A stretch of 64,000 nucleotides of DNA from Camelus ferus (lineage: Eukaryota), in NCBI RefSeq assembly GCF_009834535.1, contig NC_045697.1:94180001-94244000 (forward strand), given 5' to 3'. This document shows, piece by piece, positions 39,431 through 52,310 of this stretch. The notes below the pieces were generated by a model that searched no databases, was not told the DNA's origin, and was given only the letters and a program-made list of their open reading frames with translations. Position 1 is the first letter of the stretch. Each line of letters begins with the position of its first letter. A program made the translations under genes and the position numbers.

Positions 39431-42400
39431 TGATTCTTCCCTATTTAAATTAAGAAGTCCAATTGTGGCACATAAATATTTATTCCCATGGCAAAATAAG
39501 TATAACAGATAGAGGTATATTACACATGTTAATTTTTATTAAGCTATTTGTCAATATATTTAATAGTTTAATTGAATTAAACTCACATATATGAGTTAGT
39601 TCGTAGGAAAAAAACACATAAAACTAGATTTCTCTGAGAAAAAAACTAGATACCAAGAGGCATAACTGATCAAATACATACATTTGTTTTCTGGTGATGT
39701 ACTTAGTATTAGAACTTAAATTACCTTACTATTGAGTATTAACATGCCATCTGAAAGATATTTTTTAACTTGCCAGTTTCTCATATTTTATCATGGTACA
39801 AGGAGAAATTTTTTAAATAGAAATATATGAGAAAGTTATTTTTAAATAGTTAATTCTAAAAGAGAATTCTTTAATGATAAATTTCCTCAGAATAACCTTC
39901 CCCTCAAATCACTTTACTAATAATCACTTTAAACACAGTAAAAAAATTAACAGGTACATAAGGTCCTCCATATTTATAGCTTTCAAATATGCATTTTTAA
40001 GTAAGTGAAAGTATTACAAAAGGGAAGTTGGAATGTGAATTATGTGATGTCTAACTCACCTTTCTACCAGTACCTATGTACATCATTTGGGTTTTCTATC
40101 TCTTACACTTTTCCACACAAAAAAGACTATTTATAATATTTATTTATACCCTTCCTGGGAAACACATTATATCTTTAACATATCCATATGAATTTTTGTG
40201 TTATCATCATAACACTATAACTAAGAATAAAATTAATAAAAGGATTGAAAATATTAACTTTAAAAATAAATATGATATTTTTTATAAGCTCATACATGGA
40301 TGGAAATTATCCTAGAATCACTTCACATTAAGAATAATGTGTAGTGCACTAAATTAAATGAAGAATTTCTATAGTGACTCTTTTTAGTTATATTATTTAG
40401 ATGTTTCCTTCCTAGACAACATAAGCACAACTAGTACAGACATAATTTTTCTGTTATTACTAAATATTTATGAATCTACTATGTTGTACAGGGTTTTCTT
40501 TTAATTTATTGGAAATAAATTACATAAAATAAACTTTTCATCAAAATTACAATTTACCTAATTGGAGAATGCATACTTGAAGTATTATATATATAGATTT
40601 AGATAGCTTGATCTATTTGGCAGTCTTTAAAGGTGATGATTTTATTTTAGTCATTTAATTATTCTCACATAATGTTAAAATTTATTTATAATATATAGAC
40701 ACAAAGCTTGACATATGCCAGGTGTTTTAAGCATTTCTCAAACATTAATTTTAATACTTTTAATAACATCACAGATGCTATGCTTATTTTTTTATTTCCA
40801 TGTATTTATTTACTTGCTTATTTTAAGTGCATAGAAAGTTAACCTATGCAGTGGCCACTTTTTCTTTGCTGCAAGTTCTTTATTTCAAGAGCAGATTAGT
40901 AAGCAGTATTTCTGTCCATACCAAAAAATAATTAAGGAGTTTAGAGAAGAATGGTGAATACTGTGTGAGTATTTAACTTAATATTCTAATACCAAAACCA
41001 AATCTTGCCAGTTCCAAATAACATATGCCATTAAATTACTACTTAGCTTTATTTTGTGAATTATGCATTAGATTTGAATGTAGTTATGAGTTGCTTGTGT
41101 ATTAAGAAGCCTTCATACTCAGCACAGATATGGGAAATCCAAATGAGTCATATTTCTAGATAAAAACTAATATATTTCCAATATTTCTAAAAATAAAAAA
41201 GAGAGAAAGAAGAGTAGCAGCGCAATTTGCTTGAAACTGTACTTCTTTATCACGTGTCCCTTATGAATAATATCTGATTGCTCTAGCACAGTTGTTGTTG
41301 CCAACCACAAACTATTCATCTTAGGATGTGCTGCATAAATCATTATGGTAGCTATAATAACTTTTAATTTATATTTTAAAGTGACATCTTGAATTTAGCA
41401 TTTAGAACTACTAACATCATTATTCTCCAATTATTAGTAATGAAAATACATATATATATATATGAAAATACATATATATATATAGTTTAGCATAGTAAGG
41501 TACAGTATAACATCAAAAGAAATGAAATAATATTAATTGGTTGTAGTTTGTTAGCCACAGCGAGGAATTAATTTTTACTGTATTCCAGAAGGACGAAAGT
41601 AATTGTCATTAAGCTAAAGGAAGTTATATACATACATTTATTTTTCTGCTATGGCTTCAAATTATGACTGTTTCTGGTATCTGATGGCTGATATTTATGT
41701 AACTCTCTGCTTCTCATCAAATATTGGGTTAACATGATATTCCATATGTAATGTAATATTCAAAAATATAATAATTGTTGCTTCAGAGTCTGATTGGAAA
41801 GCCATCGTGAAATATGCTGCTTTGCTTGTGTTCTCCTGACTGCGAGTTGAATTCATTAATAGTTTGTCTGCTAAAGCAAAAGGCATTCACAAGATTTATA
41901 GCAGAAACATTCACAGCAGATATTCACTGTATTGTGTTAGTAGAGGTTTTGTTGAGCTCATGGCATCCTTTGATTAACTGCCATTGGAGACAGAGTTTGC
42001 AACAGAGCTGTGGCACGGCTCTATGTCACCATGTTTCCCGAAGTTACTGGTAGGCCTTTAGGGAGGGTAAGTGTATAAACATTCACTTAACTAGAGATGT
42101 ATGGACAAGCTGTGAAAGTAATGACTAACTGACTGCCATTCCGGATTTATTTGGAAATCTTTTGACTCCAGCTCCACCTCACGTAATGATGAATGACATC
42201 TCTTTCTCTGATGAAGGGAAACAGCAGGCTTGGGCCCAGAGCAGGCAGCCTGAGATGCGATTAGAAGTCACAGTGCTGCAGTTGGTGGAAGTGAACAAAC
42301 AGAGACAGGGTGTGTTAAGGTTTCCCACTTACTTTCTCGGTAGTGAAATTAATAAATTAGGCATATGAAATACAATAATTTATTTCCATCCTGGCTTAAA

Positions 42401-43479
42401 ATAGCAAATCAAGTTGAAGCAAATATGTTCAAGCATTCAAACATTCTAACTCTAGAGGTGCTTATTATTGGTTGTAGAAGGAAAGCGTAGTTTCTGATTT
42501 CTGTGAGATGGAGTTTATATATTACTCTTTCTGTGAAAGTGTAGAATGGCCTAATGTGCATGTTTTCTTGTTCATCTTCATGGTCTTATTAAAAAGGATG
42601 AAATTTTACTGCAATTAATTTTCAATAATCATACCTATTCCATCCAGGAGCAAAGCTCTCTCTCTTATATTTTGGTTCCCTCTAATCTACCAAAAGAGGG
42701 TGCAGAGTAATTGGAGATAAGAGGGAAGGGGGCTGACTAGGCATTGCTGAGATAAGTAATTTAAATTTTTATAAATTTTCAAAAAAAGAAATCAAGTTTC
42801 TTATTTTTTTTTTAGCCTTTTTAGATTGTTTCTTTAAATGTCAAGCTGTCTGAGGACATTAAACTTTTAGTTCATATTTAAAATTCTGAGGACTCCATCA
42901 TATATAACTCAGGTGAAAAGGCAGGTGATCAGGAAGAAATGGGGTTGACAGCATGAAGGACCTGAAACACTTACCTTTGCCTCTGCCCTTATCCATTGTG
43001 CTAGCTTTTTGAACTAATTTTGGATCCAAAGACAAGAAGGAATGCAGTTTTCAAACCTCTGACTGTTTAGATACGTCATCTTGTCGCCATGACTTGAGTG
43101 ACACTGTGATTCAAGGATATAAGTGGTAGGGGAAAAGGGTATTTTGGTACTTACTGGCTTAAGTAAGAAATACTATTTAAAAATTTTTTTTAGATTTATT
43201 TTTTATTGTAACCTACTTTTCACTACTTTTCACTTTTTTGGCCTCATACGTTTAAAGAATTCAGTAGCATCTTCCCAGATCCACATTTCAGAAAGTCCAC
43301 CAAATCATCCTTAGGCTATGTGTTGTTTTAGATTTATCCCCCGTTTTTTTCCTCACCATCCTATATGGGCTTACTTAGTCCTATTTGGGCAAAAGTACAG
43401 TTGGTGAGAATTGAACATTTCTGACCATAATCTAAGACAGGATAAAAATGGAAGACTTATAAAATGTTATATGACCTGA

Positions 43480-44900
43480 CAAAGAAAAAAAATAATGATA
43501 TAAATTATAGAAGAATGAAGAGAGAAAGGGGAAGGCAGAGTGAGCCCATCCATTGCATATAGGTAATAATAGGCAGGAGGCAAAAGATATTTATGAAATG
43601 ACAAACTGAGTGGAAGTAATGCTAAGGTGACTGAAAGGAAATGAATGTCATAATGGCAAGAAATATGAAAGACTTGAAACCTTATCCTACTTGCAAGCTA
43701 ACGAGTTAGCCTGTCAGTTTCCTAGAAGCTGGCAGGAGACAAGAGACTCCTGAGTGACAAAGGACAGGATTATGGGATCAGGCAGAAGGAGCTTCTCATT
43801 TCCGTCACCTCCCTTACTCCCCAGGTCCCAAGGGGGTGATGCTGAGAAGGGGACAGGTGGATGCTGCACACACGGTAGGTTCACATCACAGCTAAAGAAT
43901 CCCAAATTTAGGCAACTTCAATTTTTTAACGTGGGCTGTTATAAAACCTGCCCAAATTTTGCTACAGAAGGAGTCATTATCTTTATTGTCTGGGTCAGGA
44001 AACAAATATACCCTTTTCTCTGAAGGAAGCCACTCTCTCAATCTTCCAACACTATTTGCAATACAGATGTCCTAAAAAGAGTGTCAATAACAAAAACTTA
44101 AACAGACATGCAGAAACACCATGGAAAATACTCTTCAAAAGATTAGGAGAAAGGTAACCACTAGAAAAGAATTATAAAGTTTCCATAGTGCCTAAACAAA
44201 TACATACAAAATAATACAAATAAAAATATCAATAAAAAGAGACCAGGTGTGTGAAAAACACCGCATAAAACACAACAAAGGAAATACGAAATTAAATGAT
44301 GGCAGACACAAGACCAAACATACTAAGTTATACCTCTAAATGTAAATGGGATTATTCCTCTTTTAAAAGACAAATCTTTTCAGAATGGCTTGCAAATAAA
44401 AACCTTTCTGTGTGTGCAGAAGATATATACCTAAAAGAAAAAGATACTGAATTAAAGGAGGGATGGAGTTACACCACGCAAATACAAGACAAAGAGAAAC
44501 TGAGATTGATATTTGAAAAGGTAAAATGCACAGAAAAACAAAATCAACAAAACTAAAGGCACTACATAATATAGTAATACAATTTCCATAATTAACATGT
44601 AACAGTCATAAATATCCACGAAACAAATAAGAGAGAAGCCATCTTAAAAAACACCATTGTCAGGAATGACAAGGAGTTAACAGAAGGGCAGTAAAGATCG
44701 GTGATGTGAACATATCACTTTCAGACCAAGACAAGTGAGATGGTTAAACTCTATGTAAGCACTTACAAGCTTAAAATATATAAATGACTCAACTAATAAG
44801 GTAAATTCTATGAATATATAATGAACTTTGCATCTAGATAAACTATGCAGTGTTTTTTGAAATGCACATGGAAAATTGAAAAGAGGTAATGGAATAGGGA
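43480..44900 (+). mobile_element. Ancient L1, inter-ORF region and ORF2 endonuclease remnant, interrupted by an LTR
   Basis: aaatgtaaatgggattattcctcttttaaaagacaaatcttttcagaatgg corresponds to ORF2 NVNGLNSPIKRQRLSEW. Confidence 0.75.
43646..44140 (-). mobile_element. ERVL solo LTR (LTR40-like)
   Basis: cctacttgcaagctaacgagttagcctg...gctggcaggagacaagagactcctg...catgcagaaacaccatggaaaat. Confidence 0.75.
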
Positions 44901-47900
44901 TATAATAATTTATTTTATTTAGCTTTATTAATTAAAATATACTTTTTATTAAAATAAAATATTTAAGAACTACTTCATAACCTACCTTTATAACCAATGT
45001 TAGTAAATCGCCTTCTTCCCGTCAGGCAGTTCTGTGGATACATTGTCAAGTTTACGTATCTTCTATTCCACTTAATGCAAACACTGTTCTTACATATTAA
45101 TTCTCTGTTCTAAACCCTTATATCTATTAACATAACAATTGCATAAAGTTTTGATTCAGTTGCCAGATTCAATATATATATTAAACTACAAACACACACA
45201 CAGAAAAAAAGATAAAAGACTATTTTAATAAATTATTTTCTTCATTTATAACAGTCTAAACAAAAACAATTAGATTGCTGAAGGACTCTTTATAAGCTTT
45301 CATAATTGTAAATAACTTCAGAAAAATTGAGGATATGAAATATAAGGTAAAGGAAAAGTACTTTGGTGAGATTTTGGTTAACACTGATATAAATGGCAGA
45401 GTAAATAAAAGAAAAGGACAGCATTGTTGATTGTGCATAAAAGAGAAAAATGAGAAGGTAATTAAAGCTGATTGTCAATTGCTCTGGTTCCTGTGTGTTG
45501 CTTTCCGTAATGCATCTGCATGTCTTTTTCTGTTTTTATGATTTTAATTTCATTTCTATGAAGGATTGCTGAAGCAGAAGCTATGTCAATACCAATGACT
45601 ATTAATTAGTATGGCTCTTTTGAATTACATTTTTTTTTAGCAAACCTTTTCTTAACAGGAACATGATGAGTCGTTTGAATATTCCAAAAGAAATCATAAG
45701 CAGTTACCAGGAAGCTGTACTTGTGCAGACTTTCAAAATAAAGAACAAAGTGTATCTTAATTTAATTAAATGAAAGTCTATTCAATAAGGATAATTTATA
45801 GGATAAGGAAGTAGCAATTGGTTAAAAGCAATTGAAAGACATTCAGAAACCAGGCTATAATCATTAAGATTTTATGTGTTTGAGAGAGAAAAAAGTATGT
45901 TGCCTGTTAATTTATACCAATTTCTTAATTATTAGAAAAATATATAACCAATAAAACAGTATAAGTATCTACTTAGTTCGAATACGATACTGAAATAAAA
46001 GTTCAAATCAATATAGTCGTATGAAGATATTGAGAGTACATAAGAATGAAGTATATGTTACCTCTTTCTCAGTAGAATTTTAGCTTTAATTAAGAAAAAA
46101 TTAAATAACTTAGAATAAGGATTCTTACCCATTGATAAAAACATGTGTAGTTTATACTTCTATTTTTTCTCTATATGGATATATTTTACTCAAAATATTA
46201 TCAAAATATAATTTAATCTAAATATTACAAAATAATGTCATATCCATTTGGAATTCGATCATGAAAAACACAGATGTTCAGTTGGTCATATTTTATGTAT
46301 ACATATTTGTCATGCATTCTCAGCAGGCTGATTCAAATTACATGGCTTATCCTTTCTGTACTGCTCATGCTCTTTTCTGCTTATCCTGTGTCCTTGGTTG
46401 AAGACCAGTGACCTTCACTTGAAATATCATGGAGTAAAAAGGTCAATATATAGGAAAATTCATTGTTATCATAGAAAGATGTTCACTGTATTTCTGTTTG
46501 AGCATATGTTGCAAGATTCTAAATTAGAACTCTTTTTAAATGCCATTTCTCATATGCTCTGGGGAAAGTAGATGGGTCTTAAGTGGGCAGAAATAAACTC
46601 GGAATCTATACAAGTAATAGATTAATTAGGTATGAAAGCCTACTTAGATGTTTATTATGCCTTTGTCAGTCCAGCTCTATTAAGTTCATGCCTTTGTTTC
46701 CCTCTATACTAAAAAAAACCCCAAAACAAAAACCACCAACACCGTGTTTTAGCCAAGGAAGATAATTGGGAAAATACATCTTATATGCACAGGATGAAAA
46801 CGCTCGGACAACTTCAGAGGTTATGAAACTGGTCACCCGATCCGCAAGAATATAACTGTCCATATGATCCAATATTTTTCCAATGAACAGAATAAAAGCT
46901 GTCAAGATTATTTATATTTGTTCAGATGTGGGCTAGTAAGTGCACTGGGCTGATGCAATTTACAACCTGGGATTTCAGAGTGTTACCTGTTTCATTCATT
47001 AATTTTTTTCTTGTTTTGTTCTGGCATTTACTTCCTTGGCTCCTTTTACCACTAATTTATAAAGATGGTGGCCAAGACCATTGCCATCACCTATACTACA
47101 TCTACAGCCAAACGAGAAGGAGCTTACCTATGACAGAAGTTGGCACAGTATCAGAAGAACAAAGATAATTATCCAAAATATTTATTAGTTTGAATCTTAG
47201 TAAAATACAACAGATTCTATCAAGTGATAATGGAGTTGTCTTGTTTCTCCCTCTCTTGCCAAATACTCTCTCCCTCATCTCTGAAATAAGTATTTAATAT
47301 CTAAGCATTCAATACGATGCAATGATAACTTAGCAGATTATGTGTAAATATGAGTTTAGGAACTACAACATACCTAAAAGAGAAAGCGAATTTTGTAGAT
47401 CTTGCTCAAGAATTATAAAAAGCCTCTATTTCAGAGTTATCAAATAAGTGTAGATTTCTTACCATGTAGACAAGTTATTCTAGATGTAGAAAACTGCCTA
47501 AAATTAAATACATCATCCTCCTGTGAAATTTTCTAAAATATTTCACAATAGTTCATAAAATATAACTATATTAGAGATAGTTTTGTTAGTCAAGAGGTTG
47601 TACCAAAACATTCTGTACCATTACACTTTGAAAGAATGACACTCAATATCTAAAGAAGGATAATTGTGTAGAATCATCCCTAAACTTCAAATCTTTTTTT
47701 TTTTTTTAGCAGATGAAGGTACTTTAGGATGCCAAGGTTCTAAGTTAGAATTCTTTTTAAATGCCATTTCTCAGATCTCAAGACAAAAGATCTCATATAC
47801 TAGATCTAAAATAGGATATGGAACTCGGTACGTTTAAAAGAGCTCGTGGGATTCTAACAAAAATGGTTCGTGAGCCATGTTTTGTGAAGTTTTATAAATA

Positions 47901-49129
47901 TCTTTTTCTGTACATTTTCTTTTCAGTTTGGAGAGTGTCTGGGTTGTTGAAACTCAGACTACAAAGGTTGGATGCTATAAGGTGTAGCTTCCAGGTTGTT
48001 GGTAGGGAGAAGGGGGCAAGTGATCCAGTGGCCCACATTCTGTGGTACAGAATTACAGCTTCCTTCACTTGTCACAGACATCAACATTTGGCTTTCAAAG
48101 GTGCATAATTGTGTTCATCAGTGCTCTGGACAAATCAACATCAAAATTCTGCCCCCTTTAATTTTTTCGTGCAGATGAGACATAATGGAATTTTCCAAAT
48201 AACAATTTAAACATTTCAGAAGGATAAAAAGAAATATATATATATTTAAATCTGTCTTGTGGAGCATAGGTTTTGAACCAGATCACAGTTATCTTTTATT
48301 TTAGAGATTACAATTTTATTTCTAGAGGTAGTTACTATTATGTCTCAAAAGTCCTCCAAATTTCATATTCCCCTCTAAAAATGACTCCAGTTTCAGTTGA
48401 TACCTCCTACTCACAGATGTCTGAATTTACCCTTTATTATCATATCCACAACAGCTCATCATAATACAATAATATTGTAGTATCTACTTAATAAAGAGAC
48501 ACCCATGCAGTAATGAGTTTTGATATTTCTGAGTCTAAACAAAGAAATAATAACTATGGTGGTGAGAAACTTTATAAAAGGAAGACTGCTGTCTTTTTCT
48601 TTAATCCTCCTCCAAAAAGGAAGAAAAAAATCCAGAAACACAAATTCTAGTTTAGGCAAATCTAAAAGTCACCCGTAAGAGTGAGTCTCAGTACATGAGG
48701 CAGGCCTGTCACGTAAAGGATGGTCAAACCAGGTGCGGGAAGAAACTGACTGGTCTCCTGGAGTTTCATATCAGAGTGAGTACTTTCAAGGATGAAAGTA
48801 AATATTCTTTATTTAGAGGAATGGAATTGAATACATACCCTGGGCATGAGCCCTTCTGTGGATAGCATTTGGCACTCAGACTATAGAGTAGCAATGGAGC
48901 AGAGAATAATTAGAGAACATAAGGACACACCATCTTTGTGGGAGGAGAAATATAGGTTTTGAGCAATCTGCCGATGATGATCTCTATTGACCACAAACAA
49001 ATGTACACCCTGTATAATATTGCTCTTCACCGTAAAGCGAAAAACTTTGTGTCCTTATATACGGCTCTTGGCCACTCAAATGTGTAAGTCACTTGCAAAC
49101 AGCCAACACAGAAAGAACTCACAACATGT

Positions 49130-51015
49130 CATCATTTAGAGATTTGTAACATGTAAAGAGCCTGGAAATCTTCAATTTTGTTCTCACAATAAGAAAAATT
49201 CTGAGCAAACTGAAATCAACAACTGTTCTTAGTTGTTGAGGTTGTAGAGCAAACTGGAGGCTCCAAAAACTGGAGAGACAGGTCGATATTGAGAAGCATG
49301 GCTTACCAGGAGCAGAAAATATTGCTAGAGATAGAAATAAAAAGGAACACTTAAAAGATAAATAACTAGTTGCTGGAGACTAGCTGTACACTAGCTTGAG
49401 AGATTAAGGTTTCTGGAGGCTGAGCCTTAGGGGATGTCCTGTAATTTTGCCAGTTTTACTACCAGGAGCCTTACCAGGTTCTCAAGGTGAAGATCAAAGA
49501 AAACCTCCTCTTGCTTCTGGCAAGGTAATGGGAAAAGTAACGATTTTGCAGTAGCCCAGAGCTCTCTGCTCTCTTTAACAAAGGAGAAACTATTTACCAG
49601 AGCCTAACCAACCAGAGAGTAAGGGATATACCCAACTCCAGCCATGACTGGGCTTCTGTTCTTACTTAAAGTGCTGGAAAAAAAAAAGGTGAGAAGCACT
49701 TATTATAATAGGGAAGAACAAATCTGACTCCATATTAGATGTTTCTTTTACTTTAACCTTTGTATTCTATTGCTTTTGCTACAGTTAATCACTCAAGGGA
49801 TGTTACCCATAGCTTAAAGAATACATAATGGCCCATCTCCAGGAACTCTGACTCCTATGTCTGAGCATGAAGCTAAAAGACCTTTGTTTAAGCTCACAGG
49901 GAGCATCCTGCCAAGTCTACCTATGATTGGCTGCAGGAAGAAATTAACACCTTCCCTCCAGAGTCTGGCTAGAACCAGGAAATATTTGCAACAACTTACC
50001 ACCTTTTTTACTTTACCTCATTGCCTCCCTCCCCCTTTTGCTTTATAAAAGAACCTAGCATCCAAACGTGGGTAAGATGGCTTTTTGTGGCACAAGTCCA
50101 TCATTCTTTTGGTCAGCTGGCTTTCTAAATAAAGTCATTATTCCTTGCTCCGACAGCTCGTCCCTTGATTTATTGGCCCGACGTGTGGCCAGAAGTATGA
50201 GCTTGGACTCAGTAACATCATGAAGGTCAAAGCCCAGGGTTACAGACCCACTGAAAGACTGAGACCTAATCATAGATTTATGGAATGCTTCCTCTCTTCC
50301 CCACAGTTCATCAATAGGACCTATTTAGCTCAGTCTTCGTACCTGATACCCTGACACAGCATGTCCAGCTTTCAACAAAATTTTCAATGCATGCTAAAAG
50401 GCAAAAGGCACAATCTGAAGAGACAATGCAAGTGACAAAACTATAACCAGATATGGTCCAGATTTTGGAATTATTGGACTAGGAATTTGAAATAACTATG
50501 ATTACTATTCTAAGGACTCTAATGTAAAAAATGGACAACATTCAAGAAGAGACAGGTAGTGTAAGCAACTCTATAGAAGAATCAGAAAAAAATGGTTAAA
50601 AAAACCCCAAAACACTGTAAAAGAAATGAAGAATGCTTTTGGTAGGATCTTCAGGAGTCTAGAAATAGTGTGAAAAGAATTAGTAACCTTGATGCTATGT
50701 CAACAGAAACATCCCAAACTAAAAAGCAGGGACAAAAAGAGAGAGAGAGAACCGAGTATCCAAAAAGTGCTGAACAATTTCAAAAACGTGTAGCATATGC
50801 TTAATGGGAATATCAGAAAGAGTAAAAAGAAGCAAACAAACAAACAAGATACTTGAGGTAAAATGGCTGAGAATCTTCCAAATTCAATAACAGAAATCAA
50901 ACCACAGATACAGGAAGCTCAGTGATCACAAGATAAATACCCCCAAATTTATACCTATGCATATGATAGTCAAACGGCAGAAAAATCAAAGACAAAGAGA
51001 AAATACTGAAGGAAG
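49130..51015 (+). mobile_element. Old L1 5' region and ORF1 remnant, split by an ERV LTR
   Basis: agactgagacctaatcatag; ccagattttggaattatt...aataactatgatt; aaaccacagatacaggaagctcag...gaaaatactgaaggaagtcaga are ORF1 hallmarks. Confidence 0.82.
49704..50217 (+). mobile_element. ERV1-class solo LTR (MER41-like, cetartiodactyl type), 514 bp
   Basis: Ends tataatagg...cttggactcagtaaca; 4-bp flanks ttat/tcat; ATTGG 49926-49930, TATAAAA 50044-50050, AATAAA 50128-50133; the host L1 text rejoins across it. Confidence 0.88.
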
Positions 51016-51995
51016 TCAGATAGATCATTTGGACTACAATGAATTTAAAATGATGTAAATAACACCATCAAAAAAAAAACCACAAAGACAACCCATAGTT
51101 GGAGGAAATATTTGCAAATTATATATCTAATAAAATATTTGTATCTAAAATATATAAACTGTACGACTCAACAATAAAAAGACAAATAATCCAAATAATA
51201 AGTGGGGAAAAGATGTGTACAGACATTTCTCCAAGGAAGACACATAAATGATCAACAAGCGCATGAAAACATATCATCATTTGTCATCTGGGAAAGAGTC
51301 AAAACCAGAATGACATACCATTTAATACCCACTAAGATAGCTATAATAATAATAACAAAAAAGACAGAAAATAGCAAGCATTGGTGAGAAAGCGGAGAGA
51401 CCAGAACACTCTTACTGCACCTTCTATGGAAAACAGTTCGGCAGTTCCTAAAAACAGTAGGCGTAGAGTTAACATATAGCACAATAATTCTGTATTCAAG
51501 AGAAATGAAAATATATGTTCAACTCAAAAACTTGCTCACAAATATTCATAGCAGGATTATTCATAAGAGAGACAAATAATTTGTCCATCAACTGATGAAT
51601 AAGCAAAGGTAATGTACATCCATAAAAGTAGATACTATTTAACAATAGAAGGGAATGATGTACTCATAACATGCTACAAGATGAATGACCTGGAAAACAT
51701 ACTAAGTGAAAGCAGCCAGTCACAGAAGACCACGTATTATATAATTCCAGGTATATAAAATGCCCAGAATAGGCAAATCTATATAAAGAGAAAGATTACT
51801 GGTTGCCTAGGGCTGGGTGTGAGTGTGGGAAGGGATGGCTAATAGGCATGGGGTTTGTGGAGGGTGGTGATAAAATATTCTCAACTTACATTGTGACGTG
51901 GTTACACAACACAGTGACTATAATAAAAGCCACTGAAAGTACACTTTTTATTGGTAAATTTTTATGGCATGTGATATATACATGTTTAAAGATGT
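51016..51995 (+). mobile_element. L1MB-like ORF2 end and 3'UTR
   Basis: atatttgcaaattatatatctaataa...acagacatttctccaaggaaga...aagtgaaagcagccagtcacagaagaccacgtatt. Confidence 0.88.
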
Positions 51996-52119
51996 TTAAA
52001 GCAAACCATAGTGCATAATACCACCTGTAGCTGTGTGACAAGAAAAGAAAACTACTTTGGAGATAGACTATTAGTCTATCGCACTTGCCATCTTTATTTA
52101 AAATTAATTATTTTTTTGG

Positions 52120-52310
52120 CTAGAATGAAGCTTGGAAATCGTTTAGTATACTTCCCTCCTTTTATAATAAGGAAACAAAGGCCCAGAGGAGTTAAGAAGC
52201 TTTTGCACAAACTATTAAAGGCAATTTAATGACAAAGCCTCTCTTACATCGTTGTTGTGTAGATTAAATTTGGTAAAAACATTTGCAATCTATAAAGTGC
52301 TATGTCAATA
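52120..52310. mobile_element. MIR fragments
   Basis: ataaggaaacaaaggcccagaggagttaag (antisense core) and gttgttgtgtagattaaat...tataaagtgctat (sense 3' end). Confidence 0.6.

Noticed and set aside
46666..46905. 79-aa minus-strand ORF with several CpGs as a coding exon
   Set aside because: No recognisable protein or convincing splice sites; part of it resembles a decayed MIR.
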